DNA from: Phoronis australis
Lineage: Eukaryota > Animalia > Phoronida
Length of the DNA stretch: 64,000 nt
Reading direction: 5' to 3'
Assembly: GCA_002633005.1 (NCBI GenBank)
Contig: NMRA01000669.1
Span: forward strand, 93,054-157,053
Shown: one piece after another, positions 25,001-37,000 of the stretch
How the letters are laid out: the number at the start of each line of letters is the position of its first letter
Position numbering within the stretch: position 1 is the stretch's first letter
Position numbers and translations under genes: made by a program
Notes under the pieces: model-generated
Told to the model about the DNA's origin: nothing
The model's input: the letters and a program-made list of their open reading frames with translations, nothing else
The model's database searches: none

Positions 25001-28000
25001 GCGCAGGCTCTTTTGGGATGACCCTTCCGCTTTGCTCCAGCTTGGCGTTAAGACGTATGGCTGACATGGAGTACAACTTGCTCTACTATACAAACGGATG
25101 ACAAAAAGTTGTCACGTGGTGTCTGTTTGGACACTGTCAGTTCTGTTTACACACACATTCTTGCACGTCCTCATCTCGTTTCGTGTCAGCTGATTCGTGT
25201 CAATTTTGTGGTGTAAACGGGATTTAAACCCTGAGTAAATTTGCCTCAGCATTGTTAACTACTGAAGACGATCTGCCAAATGCTGCTTTCAAGTATCATA
25301 TTCCAGTACAGTCTCCATACCAAACTTAAAAAACAATGTTTTGTAGTTTATTGTGTTTAAAACTTCACACTGAGACCAGAAGATAGCAAGAAAAACGAGA
25401 TCACGAATGAAACATATAGTATTTCGTGAGCATGCTCGAGACTTAGCAAATTGGCGGACACTGAAATGAGGTGAGGTGGCAATGTTGATTTCACCGTTTT
25501 GGTTTCATTCGCGATTTTGCGCCACAAGTGCAAGACAATGTCTTGCGTCAGTCGAACGAAGCCCAATTTTAGCCATGGAGACGTTTCTTTTTCAAGCCAG
25601 TTCCTTAAAGGTGTTGAACTCTAAAAACAGATATTATGGCTTATACGCGTATAATAGCTTAAGCAGCACTTACCCGAAGCAACGACATCCTTGACTTCTT
25701 TTCCAAGTTCCTTAGCCATGAAACCAAGGATAGAGAATACCACAAATCCGGCAAAGAAGCTCGTAAGACAGTTACCAAGGGCAACAATGAGAGTGTCCCT
25801 AAGGAGAGACAAAGGGTAGCACGTGGAATGAAGGTTAATTTCCACTTCGAAGTACAAGTTTCTCTGAGTGAAGAAGTCTGCGGTACTGGCATTGTAAACG
25901 CAAACTGAGTCTAATCTCTTGATTGTGATTGGAATAAATGTCCAGAGGTCTGTTTCTTGAAAGTGACGTCAGACTTAAGGCAGAAATGTGGACGTCTTAC
26001 TTTCCCACTTCACAATTATTGAAACAATGCCAAGTAATTATGTGCGCATCAAAGACTAAAAAAATAGTAATGATCTCAGATACATGTAGTTGCATGTATA
26101 TTCTGAGAATTTCTCAGACATTCACGTTTGTTCAAATGTGATTTAATTGTTATTCAATCACATATAGGGAGCGTAAGACCGGAGTTCTGACTTGAAAGTC
26201 TTATGTTACTTTTCATGAAACAGTCAGCTGGTTACTATGGCTACCACACCAGCAGAGTCCTCTTTCGAACCAACCTGTCTTAAGGAACAGGAATGTTTGA
26301 TTTCTGATTACTTTTCATGTCAATCCTTAACTCCTTAATAGAAAGTCTTTAAATTGCAATAAGCAGTTTAAGATAGTAACGTAGCATATACCTGCAACTT
26401 GTGTATGGACCCAGTGGCGGATTTAGATGGGGGCCAAGGAGGCCATGGTCCACCCTAAAATTCTCCAAGATTCCATGTGGCAGTTCGGGTGTGTGCATTT
26501 CTGACGGGGCAAAATCCTGGCTAATACTCTGCCCTGGCCCCACCTAACTCAAAATCCTGGATCCGCCCCTGGGACCATTGTGTTATAGCATATGTTAATT
26601 CAATGATATTACATTTGCTATAGTTACAGGCCACGCTCAAAGTCCCAATGGGGGACTAAGTAGAATTTCACCCCAGCAGTTGAAACACATGCACACCTGC
26701 AACTGCCACAGGCTGGCTCACCTAAGTACGTTATTGTGAAACTTGTTGTAGCTGGAGAACGTCATGAGGCCTCCCATACCAACACTCAACGAGAAGAAGA
26801 TTTGACCGGCTGCGTCAGCCCAGACCTGAAACGTTACCATTAAGGAACTGTATTTCATGCCAAAAGGTATATACTCCTCGCAGGAAACACGACAAACCAC
26901 CATTTTTTCGAAATAAAACGACAGATGGTGTCAACACAAAACCTCTGACATAGGCCTGTAATGGTCATACAATACAGCAAAATTCACTCTTAAATAGTTG
27001 ATGAAGTGACAGGAGCAATCAGTCGCTATGAGCAAATGTATGTCTTCCTCTCTAACATTAGGCAGTGAAAGTGAATTTCCCCGTTGCGGCCGGAACACTG
27101 CATTTGGAGACTCGTTTTACCAGGGACTTGTTCAGCCTCGTTTGATCTTGGAGAATTTTGCAGAAATTATTTTCGAACTCGATCACAATACCCAGATATG
27201 CGGGTTTTGTATACAGACAGAATAATGCGGACAAAGTGTCGTGAACCTACCTTTGGCTCTGCCAGTTTCTCCCACTTGGGAATAAGGTAGAATTTAACTC
27301 CTTCGCCAGCACCATCCAACGTGACTCCACGGAAAAACAGAATGACTAGTACGAGATACGGGAAAGTTGCAGTGAAGTAGACAGCCTGAAACAGGACAGA
27401 TCGAAAACCTAGGTGTATATGTAATGTACGGCGTATTCTAAGTACCTGGGTCAATCATCTTGTTTTGAAGTATCTATTCAGCAAAACATGACGAGGAGGC
27501 AGTGTGGCCTAGCGGGATCAGTGTCGACTTCCTTATCTCAAGGTTGTGGGTTCGAGTCCCACTGCAGCACACTGCTTGGCCCTGGCTTGAATCAACATTG
27601 GCGGATCCAGGGGGGTCACGGTGGTCCGGACCCCTTCTTTTTTCTCTTGATTTTAGTGATATCATATCTAGAATTTTTGACTTGGACCCTTTTTTAAACA
27701 AATCTTTGATCTCCATTTTAAAAAACTTGGACCCGCCCCTAAGGTCAGACCTCTAGCTTTTCGGCTCTTCAGATTGGTTTAACCTATATATTAATGAAGC
27801 ATGAGAATGGTTCCAGGTGATCAGTGCAATGGGTCCACTTGAGCGACCTGCGCATGACTGGTACAATTTAGAGGTAACCAGACCATCTCCAATTATTTTT
27901 TAACATAATACAAGCCTTTAATAAATCATCACAGGGGGACAAACCGAATTCAAATTATTACCGAGTTGCCAAAAACTTTCGAACAGAAACATTACATTTG

Positions 28001-31000
28001 TGCCCAACCTTGCACAACTCCTTCAACAAAGAATATTCAGTCAAAATAAAGCAGTCCATTAGCGTATGCTATCTATTGGAATTTTTTAGTTTGTTCCACG
28101 AATCATGCATCGAACTTCAATAGTTCGAGTTATGACAAACATGGCGTTTTTCCTGAGATGAACTAAGCGTGAGCCTTACCTGGTTGCTCAAATTTATGAA
28201 GTCTCTCATAAACATAAAATAGTGTTACAAAAGTTCCACTGAACCATTTCGAAGACTGTGCTAAGTTTCCGCAGTTTTCATTCTTTCTTTAGCAAAAGAC
28301 ACCCATCTGTCCCTATGCTTCATTTCGCATTACCTTTCCCGACGACTTGATTCCCTTTATAATGCACAGGAAGCAGAGAACCCAAGCTAACAGAAGAACA
28401 AGACAGAGTTCCCATTTCAATCCGCCCATGTCCTCGATGCTGTCTGTACGGTCCAGCATTCTTCGGCTGTATAAAGAGAATACACGTTAGCCTAAATTTA
28501 GTGTAACCATTCACCACACGCAGCAGCACTTGCAACAATGGAAGTACCGGTATTAGGGTGGCGTTCAGCAGACGCAAGACATTCTCGAATAAAGCTATTG
28601 TAATCAAGTAATTTGCTTATAATGTATATATCTCGCGAAGACTTGCATGATCTGACCTTTCGTGAGTTTCATGCGACCAGGAAATCAGCTCAGGGTTACA
28701 ACCCACAAGGCCAGTTTGTTGAGAGCTTAGCGAGAACGCGAGAGACTTCAACGAGATGTCGCCACGCCCCACATGCAAGCAAGAGGTTCACTAGGTCTCA
28801 GTAGGATTCACTCTCGATGGTCACGCGTTACGGAACGGGAATGCAGCTCCGGAACTCTACTAGTGATTGACATCTGGTTACAACATTTGCATGCAAGGTT
28901 ACTGCGCCGACTGAAATCTACTTGCTGAAATCGACGTAAACGTCGTAGGGTAAAGCATATATAACGCCAATCTTTTTAGCAATTAAGTTCACTAAAAGAA
29001 AGAAGCAGAAAACAGTGCAAAAAATACACTTAAAATTGAGTAAAATAATTGTAGTATTTGTACACTTAAGTAAAATCATTTATACATTATCAATACACAT
29101 TAAATTGCCTATCGACAGGTTACATTGACATGTCGTAAACAAGAAAACACCATAGATTTGTAGCCCTAGAGTCCTGTGATAACATCAGTAAACGACAATA
29201 TAGAAATGACCTGTCTTTTTTCATCTTACTCACTTGAAATACTCTTCAGACGGCGACACAAGAGATTTGGAAGCAGTAAGGTTTTCCTTCAATGCCGTGT
29301 AGTTTATTCCAGCCTGCATAGTCTCGTTGATGCACTTCCGGTACAGCCAGATACTTCCGGTGGGTACAGTTTTGTTCACGAACTCGCACACATCTGCTTC
29401 TCGTTTACTCCAGCAGTCTAAAGAAACATAACGCTCGTTAAAAGAAGACATGTCACTCGCTCTTTAGTTCAAGAACGATGCAGAACGCGAACTATCGCAA
29501 ATACATCGGATTTTGATGTCAAGTTCGGCTCACAGCATACGTTACTTCCATAAGTCACTGGTTATAACTTGTAATCACCCAGCTTGCACATGGATTTGAA
29601 TTTTGAGTCACAATTGGAATCGTACCTAACCAAACCTGTTAGATGTTAAAACTTTAATGATATTATTGTCACGACATGTGCTTAGTTCATCACGTCTACC
29701 ATAACACAAATTGGTCGGTGGGTATATTCTTGTCGTGTAGTCGGTTGGAAGTGTATATCCTGGCCATGAAGTCCGTTGGAAGTGTCTATCCTGCTCATGC
29801 AGTCAGAAGTGCCTGTGTATCCTGGTCACGTAGTCAGTTGGAAGTGTGTGGCATGGTCATGTAGTCAGTTGGAAATGTGCATCCTGGTCATGAATTCAGT
29901 TGGAAATGAGTATGCTGGCCATATAATGAGTTCGAAGTGTATACCCTGGTCATGTAGTCAGTTGGCATCTTAGTTTGTCATGGTCGTGTTGTCATTTGGC
30001 GGGGTGTGTCCAGGTCATGTAGTCAGCTGGAAGTGTGTATCCTGGTCATACTGTATACTCAGGGAGCGTGTAACCTGGTCATGTAGTGATTTGGAAGCCT
30101 GTGCCCCGGACAAGTAGCCAGGAGGAAGCATGTCCTGGTCATGTGCGTTCTGTTGGCATTGTGTGTCCTGGTTAGGCCTACGTATTGAGCTGGCAATGTG
30201 TAGCCTGATAGCAAATGATCAAGAATATTATTTTATTCTTAACGGGCGCAGTGACTTTATACCCAATGAATGTTCACGTAGTCATTTGGAATCAAATCGA
30301 ACCACTTGCACAGTGAGTTTTAATAAAACGAATATCTGGTGTCAATCTTTAAAAACGTTTGCAGTGTCACGCAATACTTCGCTACGGTAGGTTTAACCCC
30401 AATTATTGATTTGGGTCTAAAACCACTCGTGCGTCCACTTGCCACACAGCTTACGTATGTACGTGCTCTCACGTGCGTGCGCATGGCGGTTTGTGTGTGT
30501 GGCTGTAAAAAGAGGGTGGTGTGTAGCTGAACCTGTCAAAAATTTCATTTCTACTATTCAGGGCCCAGGGATAGACAAGATTTCCCATATGGAGTTGCTT
30601 TACCTTGTGCTGTTGTTCTGAGGGAGCCAAGAATGACTGAGTAAAAATAAAATGTTTTAGATTTAGCCGAATATAAAGACCTCGACTTTATCAAAGGTGA
30701 TCAAACCTTGTCTTCCGTTTCCTTATGTTATCTTGAAGTCGTCGAAACAAACATGTATGCCTATGGTGTTTTTACAAAGCCAAAGTTCAATCTGCAACAA
30801 TTTACAGAGATATAGTGTTGTGTATATAAAGCTTTTTGTAAACAGTTTATGCAAATACGTCGCATACTTCCTCAAAGATTTGTCGTCCGCAACTATTTTC
30901 AGGAAAGTACACGTTCTCCGTCTTCGTTTGTAGAACTAATTATGCGCTGTGCCTAGCACAACTACCAAATCTTGATCATCTCGTTGGGAATGTTGTCGAT

Positions 31001-34000
31001 TTGAAGGCGTTTTAGGGCAATCTGGCATATTGTGCTTGATCTGGGAGGTATTTTGACACTTTCAATCGTTTTTTTTCATAAAAACGAAATAAATAACTTG
31101 GAAGTTTGATGCTGTAAGTCACACAATGCAAACACTGCGTCTATTGTGCGAATGAGTAGTTATAACGTGTAATATGTCTGTTTCAGACATCATTGCTCAA
31201 GTTAGAAAACAAAGTATTATATTCAGGGGCTGAGACTGAAAATAGAAAACCGTCCCAGAAAAGGCAGAGAACATGGATCATCCGACATTCTTTGAACTGG
31301 CCCTTTGTGTTACGCTACGGGTTTGAAAAAACTATTGTTAGTCAATTCATTTCAGGAGAGATTGAAATGGATGTTATAGTACAGAAAACGCCTCACGGTC
31401 TTTACGATCGTGGAAAAGTTGGTCATTGTGAGCAGTTCTTGAAAGGCGCACGCACACCAGAAACAGGTTTACTTACTATCTGTATTCCAGGGGTTAAAAC
31501 AGCCCACCCAGGGAAGGTCTGATGTGAAGCTGGCAAACATGTAGTAGAGGGACCAGGCTATTATCATGTTGTAATATATGCTGCCCAGGAATGAAATAAT
31601 CACCATCCCAGCTCCCACGCCTGAAAAAGACAAAGAGAACAAAGTCGAAATGTAGAGCAATTCACTGAAACGTGATTGACACTAAGAGAATCGTTTACCA
31701 AACAGCTGGGAACTAATTAAAGACGAATTTCTAATGAACATTGGCACGTCAGATGCTTTGTACGTACTTCGTAATGTAGAATCTCTGGCGCCAAATAAAG
31801 TTAGTAATGTCAACCTCCTGACTTAGCAATGTACAAATGCTGTTAAAGTGGTGATTCGTGCGCAGTTTTTTATGAACGGAATTTCAATAAGTGGATTAAT
31901 AATGGAACGTAAGGTCAACCATTCTGAAACAGCTAAAAACAAGTCTAAACCGCAGAATGAAATCTGGCCAGGGGTCTGTTTCATTAAAATTTTTTTAAGA
32001 CAAAAAATTGGTTTCATGCTCTCACTTCACAACTGGTGAATAAAGGTTTAGCCAATTCATCATGATCACAGCAGTCATATGGTGCATCAAGAAGAAGATT
32101 CTAGAAATTATCTCGGTAACTATCAGTTGTGTGACGTCGTCTCAGCGACTTCGCACTTTTGCTCAAGTCAGGCATACATCACTGATTTTTGTTATTTTCG
32201 ATAGAAATGAGTCAGTTTACCTTGAAATAGAGGACAGCATTCGAAGACAGTCATAGGTCCCTCGGCTGCGTACTGCCCCATGGTAAGTTCGATAAAGAAG
32301 ATTGGTAGTCCCACAAACGTCAACATGATGAAATACGGGATAAGAAATGCACCTAAAATTGTCGATAAAATGTATCTGAATAATGCTCACCGCAAAAGTT
32401 CTGAAAATTGACGAAAACTGTGATCTAACCACTGCGGCTAGTTTTCAAATGATTCGATGGTATTCACGTTTCGGTTACTTCAAAATTTTGCGACAACTTT
32501 GACAAATACTGAACAAAATTGCCAAAATTCCATCGATCGTTTTAAAACAAAAGGAATTGCCCCACTCTTAAAACAAATAATGCGTTTGGAGTTAAGGAAG
32601 AATCATACATCGGCTTGATAAACAAGTTTTAGTGAATTCAAAGGTTTCGAAATGTTCGCAGTTGACTTATATTTATATTGGTAATTGACACAACTTTCGT
32701 ATTGACCACGAGGTGTCTCTTGTGAAACATGCGTGGACATGAGCTCCATTTCGTGACCAGCACTAGTCATTCACTACCATAAGTACATGCTGACTTCCGT
32801 GATAGGTATAAACTACTTTGGTATCTCTTCCGGCATCGTGAATATTCATGATGCTGAATGCGTTAGTCTTTTTTCTTCTCTGAAGTTAATTCGTCTGTTG
32901 CGTGAGTTATCCTGAGCCACGCTTACATGTACATGTATCTAATATTCAGAAGCCGTTCAGCCCTCTACCTCGATTATCAAAGCGGCTATAATCTCGCCTT
33001 GTACCACAAAAATCTGATTTAGACTACTTCCAGACATAAAATTGGTATAAAATTGTTCCCTAATCAAATTCGACGGGATTTCCGAGGTTCAAAAGAACTG
33101 GCAGTTCGCTTTTGCCTGAAACCAGGCAATAAAATTCGACTTGTCAGTGGCGTGTTGTTTTATGCACCGAGCAGGAAATTAAGGAATAACGAACTGTCAC
33201 CTCTTTGCAAACCCAGAAATCACTTCTTATCTGAGCAAGGAAGAAGTTGAGACCAATCTTCTAGCAGTGACCGATGTAAATAAAAATTCATTTTTTGGAC
33301 AGAACGCGGGTTTTCCTCGTGGATACAGTGGATTGGTTGAATCTTATCTATCGATAAATATAGATTATTACTTGGCGAAGCCGTTATCCCCCGTTATCTG
33401 GAGCCCGAGTGGATTTTGGAGTGTTATCGCCCGAGGGGCGTTAGCCCCGAGGGTGATAATTCTACAAAATCCATGAGAGCTCTAGATAAGGGGGTTAACG
33501 ACTGAGAACATGTAATCTATTTATACCGCATACTGAACGAGAAACATTGCAATGAATCGATCCACCTTTCTCGACTCGCTTCGGCTTTGTAACTACTTTC
33601 TATGTCAGAGGCCCGGGGTCGGAGGTCGTGACCTTTTAAGAAAACCAGAGCTATTTTTATCAAATAATGCTATTACTCAAAACCAATTGAAAAATTGAAC
33701 AAAATAGAAATTAAGTGAATCTATAAATTAAGGTTTAACAACTATTATAGGTTACTACACATTTTATCACGCTAAGCTTCGACCGGGAAAATATCGTCTG
33801 CTATAGTAGGTTACCACTAGTAACTGAGTATAATGCTAAAGTCAAAGGATCACGACGACACGATACCGCATTCAAATTGGAGATCGGTGATTTACAAGTG
33901 AGAGAACACGAGAGAAAAAATTTTCACTGAATTAAAATATTGTTTTTATGGAAATTATGCGTCTTATTTTTCATAGCGTATAAATGTCGGTACAATGCCC

Positions 34001-37000
34001 TTGGCTGAACATGCGATTGATGCGCGTGCTCATTTAAGTATTCTATTTTCACGTTCGATGACGTCAGCCGCTGAGTGTAGTAGTAAAGTCGGCGACTCGA
34101 AACTCTTGATGCCAGGGTTCGAAACCGACCTCGGTTTCCCGCCAAAATGTTACCTCACTAGTGAGATGACTATATGGGTTATTACAGGGTTGTATCTGCC
34201 TTTCGAGGCTAATATTGTGGGATAAAATGAAGAACTTAAAAATTCGGGGTCCAGCTCCCAGAATGAATACACTTTTCTTCTATGAGCATGCGCAAGTAAA
34301 GAAAACAATTAATTGACGGTTCATATAATCTCCCGTGTGTCTGCACGCAACGCTAGAAGGCACCACGCCCAGTGGCGAGATGCAAACTCACCGCCTCCAT
34401 TACTGTAGCATAAGTACGGGAAACGCCACACGTTGCCTAAGCCTACAGCGTAACCGAGACAAGATAGGATGAACTCGGCCGACCCGCCCCACTGGCCTCT
34501 TTCTGTGTTTTCCTCCACCTCCAGGATATCATCTGTACTTTTATGGAAGTCTACCGAACTGCCATCGGGAACCTAGAAAAGATACGCGTAAGTCGTGAAG
34601 ATTATATTAAAAGGTTGGTGTTTCGACAGCAATGCTTAGGCATCAACAGAAATTAGACCTAGCACTGGAACACCTATGTACGAACAAAGGCCATCAATTG
34701 GGTCAACCAATCTGGAATGCCTATGAAGAAGAGCGAGCGCTTCTCCTGCAAACTGCAAAACAATTCATGTAAAGGCTACGATTAAACCCCAGTGAGGGTC
34801 GCCAAGGCGCACTTAAGTGTGGTCATGCAAGTACAGGTTAAATTCTATGCGATTTCTCGGTGCGAGGCTCTGAAAGACTCTACTGAGGGCGCTGAGGGAT
34901 GCGTCGACGTTGACAACAGAACGTGACATGGACAGCTATGGCCACTACACCTGTGACGACAACAACGTTGCCGATGACACCGGCACCAACAGCCCAAATG
35001 CCGTTGCCGACGCCGCTTCCGCAGACAATACAGCCAGGGACAACGTGCACAAAGTAATGACGTAGTCTAGTACAACTTACGTTGGTTGAGAACCTGACAA
35101 TTCTGAAATTATAACGAAAGGCAATGTCCGACCTGTGATGATTATGACGGCGACGATGAATACGAATGGGACGATGAGCACAGATACGGAAACGATGAAC
35201 GCAAAACTGAGTTCTACAATGAAATTTCTAGGGACTAAAAGAAAAATTCTCATTGACTAAAAAAAATTCTCAGTGACTAAAAGAAAAGTAATCAGGTAAT
35301 GAAGTCGTACAGAGAACATTTTGTAACGATGGACGTGATATGTTTAAATACGAAAATTCAAGCGGCAAAGCGAGGAATCGACAAATGGCCGAAACAGTGC
35401 CATCGTGGGTCCTACTTCGGTCACAAACCATAGGATCACGTTTTGTTTTCAAAGAAATTTGGCTTAGGTAAATTTCATTTGAGGACATTTCATTGGTGAA
35501 CAAACGTAACCTCTATATCGAACAAGGAAGCATAATATATTTTGGCAGACTTCACGTCCGTACATTGTGTGTACTTAGTGAATTTCATTTCCCTAAGTAA
35601 AAACATTACCACCTCAGGTGTTATCACATTCGTTAAATTTATCAGCAGTCCATCTTTGAACGTGTTTATTTGCATATGGGCTAAAATGTAAGCCCCAGCC
35701 ACAGTAAATTGCTCACTAAGTTACAGGATTAGACTCGGCTAGAAGCATATAGCTCCATCATGTAACCTCGCGTTATAGGAGTGTGGACTCTCAGCAATGG
35801 GGTGTTTACATATGGTAATAAAGTTACAGCAGAAGGCATCTCAGTGTCAATGTAAAATTTATCCACTGTCTCCCCTGGTTTTATTTCCAAAGAGAAAGCT
35901 TGCATTGAAACTTGAAAGTCACGATCTATTTTCCTTAAATTTCAAAATGCAATCCCAAAGGATGACTACTCGCATAAGAGGTCACAACGTGTCCAATATA
36001 TGCTTGTTTTCTGCATCATTGAGGCTACATGTCACGTGTCATAACTAAACGAGTACTTTTCTGTGCGTAGTGGTTTTGCTTAATCTACTTTTTAGCTCTT
36101 AAACGATCATCATTCTTGTCTTAATCAACGCTTACTTTAGACAGTACTGCAGTCACTATTGGCCCCAGTAGAGACGGTGAAGCTCCAACAGGAGCTTTAT
36201 ATGCCTGAAACTTTTCGACGAATTATGCCTCACAGTGATTAAAACGTCTAAGCCCCGTTGCTATAAGTATCTTTTGTGCATAGAGGGACACCTTATGAGA
36301 CCGTCGATGTCTTTAATTCCTTCCAACTGGAACTCAGTCCCGACTTTTTCTTAAACAGTCCACGATAAATATAGTGCGTGATTGGACTATAGGAACTGAT
36401 TAAAGGGGCGCTTTGATTAGGTAAAACTACGTGTAATTTAAGCAAAAGCGCGCGTTGAATAAGAGCAAAACGATGATCGTTTAAAAACTAAATGTACGCG
36501 AAGATTAAGCACATTTCTACGCGCAGAAAGGTACTCGTTTATGAACCCTTTGGCGCTTCATGCAAAACTCCATACGTCTAAACATCAAAACCGAGAAAAA
36601 TTCGGGTTATTGGTCAACTCGTGAAACGTAAACGGTCGCTGCTTTGTTGGTGCGTTTACGAAAACACCTTACATGTACCATAACACCGTTTTAAGAAGAA
36701 CCAAGGGTTCCTAAACGAAGAACATTTTACGCGTGGAAATGTGCTTAATCTGTGTGTACTTTTGCTTAATTTACGTGTGCTTTTGCTTAATCTATCCGTA
36801 CTTTTAATTTACGCCTACTGTTACTTATTCTACGCGTATTATTAATTCTAAAATGATCATTGTTCTGTTCTTAATCAATTAATTTGAGAGCACGGGCGCA
36901 ATTGGACTATATGAACTGATCAAAAGTACTCGTGGATTAAGCAAAACTACTGGTTGATTAAGCACATTTCAACGCGCAAAAAGTTACTCGTTTTACAACT

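Noticed and set aside
27496-27570. tRNA gene (also 34065-34140)
   Set aside because: A and B boxes are present, but there is no convincing acceptor or anticodon stem; treated as SINE heads.
3271-34066. Five TGACGTCA (CRE) palindromes (3271, 10062, 16036, 25964, 34059) as CREBRF/ATF target sites
   Set aside because: They are scattered, some lie in or next to repeats, none is at the putative SLC6 promoter, and the genome background is unknown.
34928-35200. Asp/Asn/Ala-rich short ORF-like tract and a 13-nt AG/GT unit (35081-35093) in SLC6 intron 1
   Set aside because: The tract looks like a decayed GAC/GAT/AAC trinucleotide repeat, and the 13-nt unit would break the reading frame.
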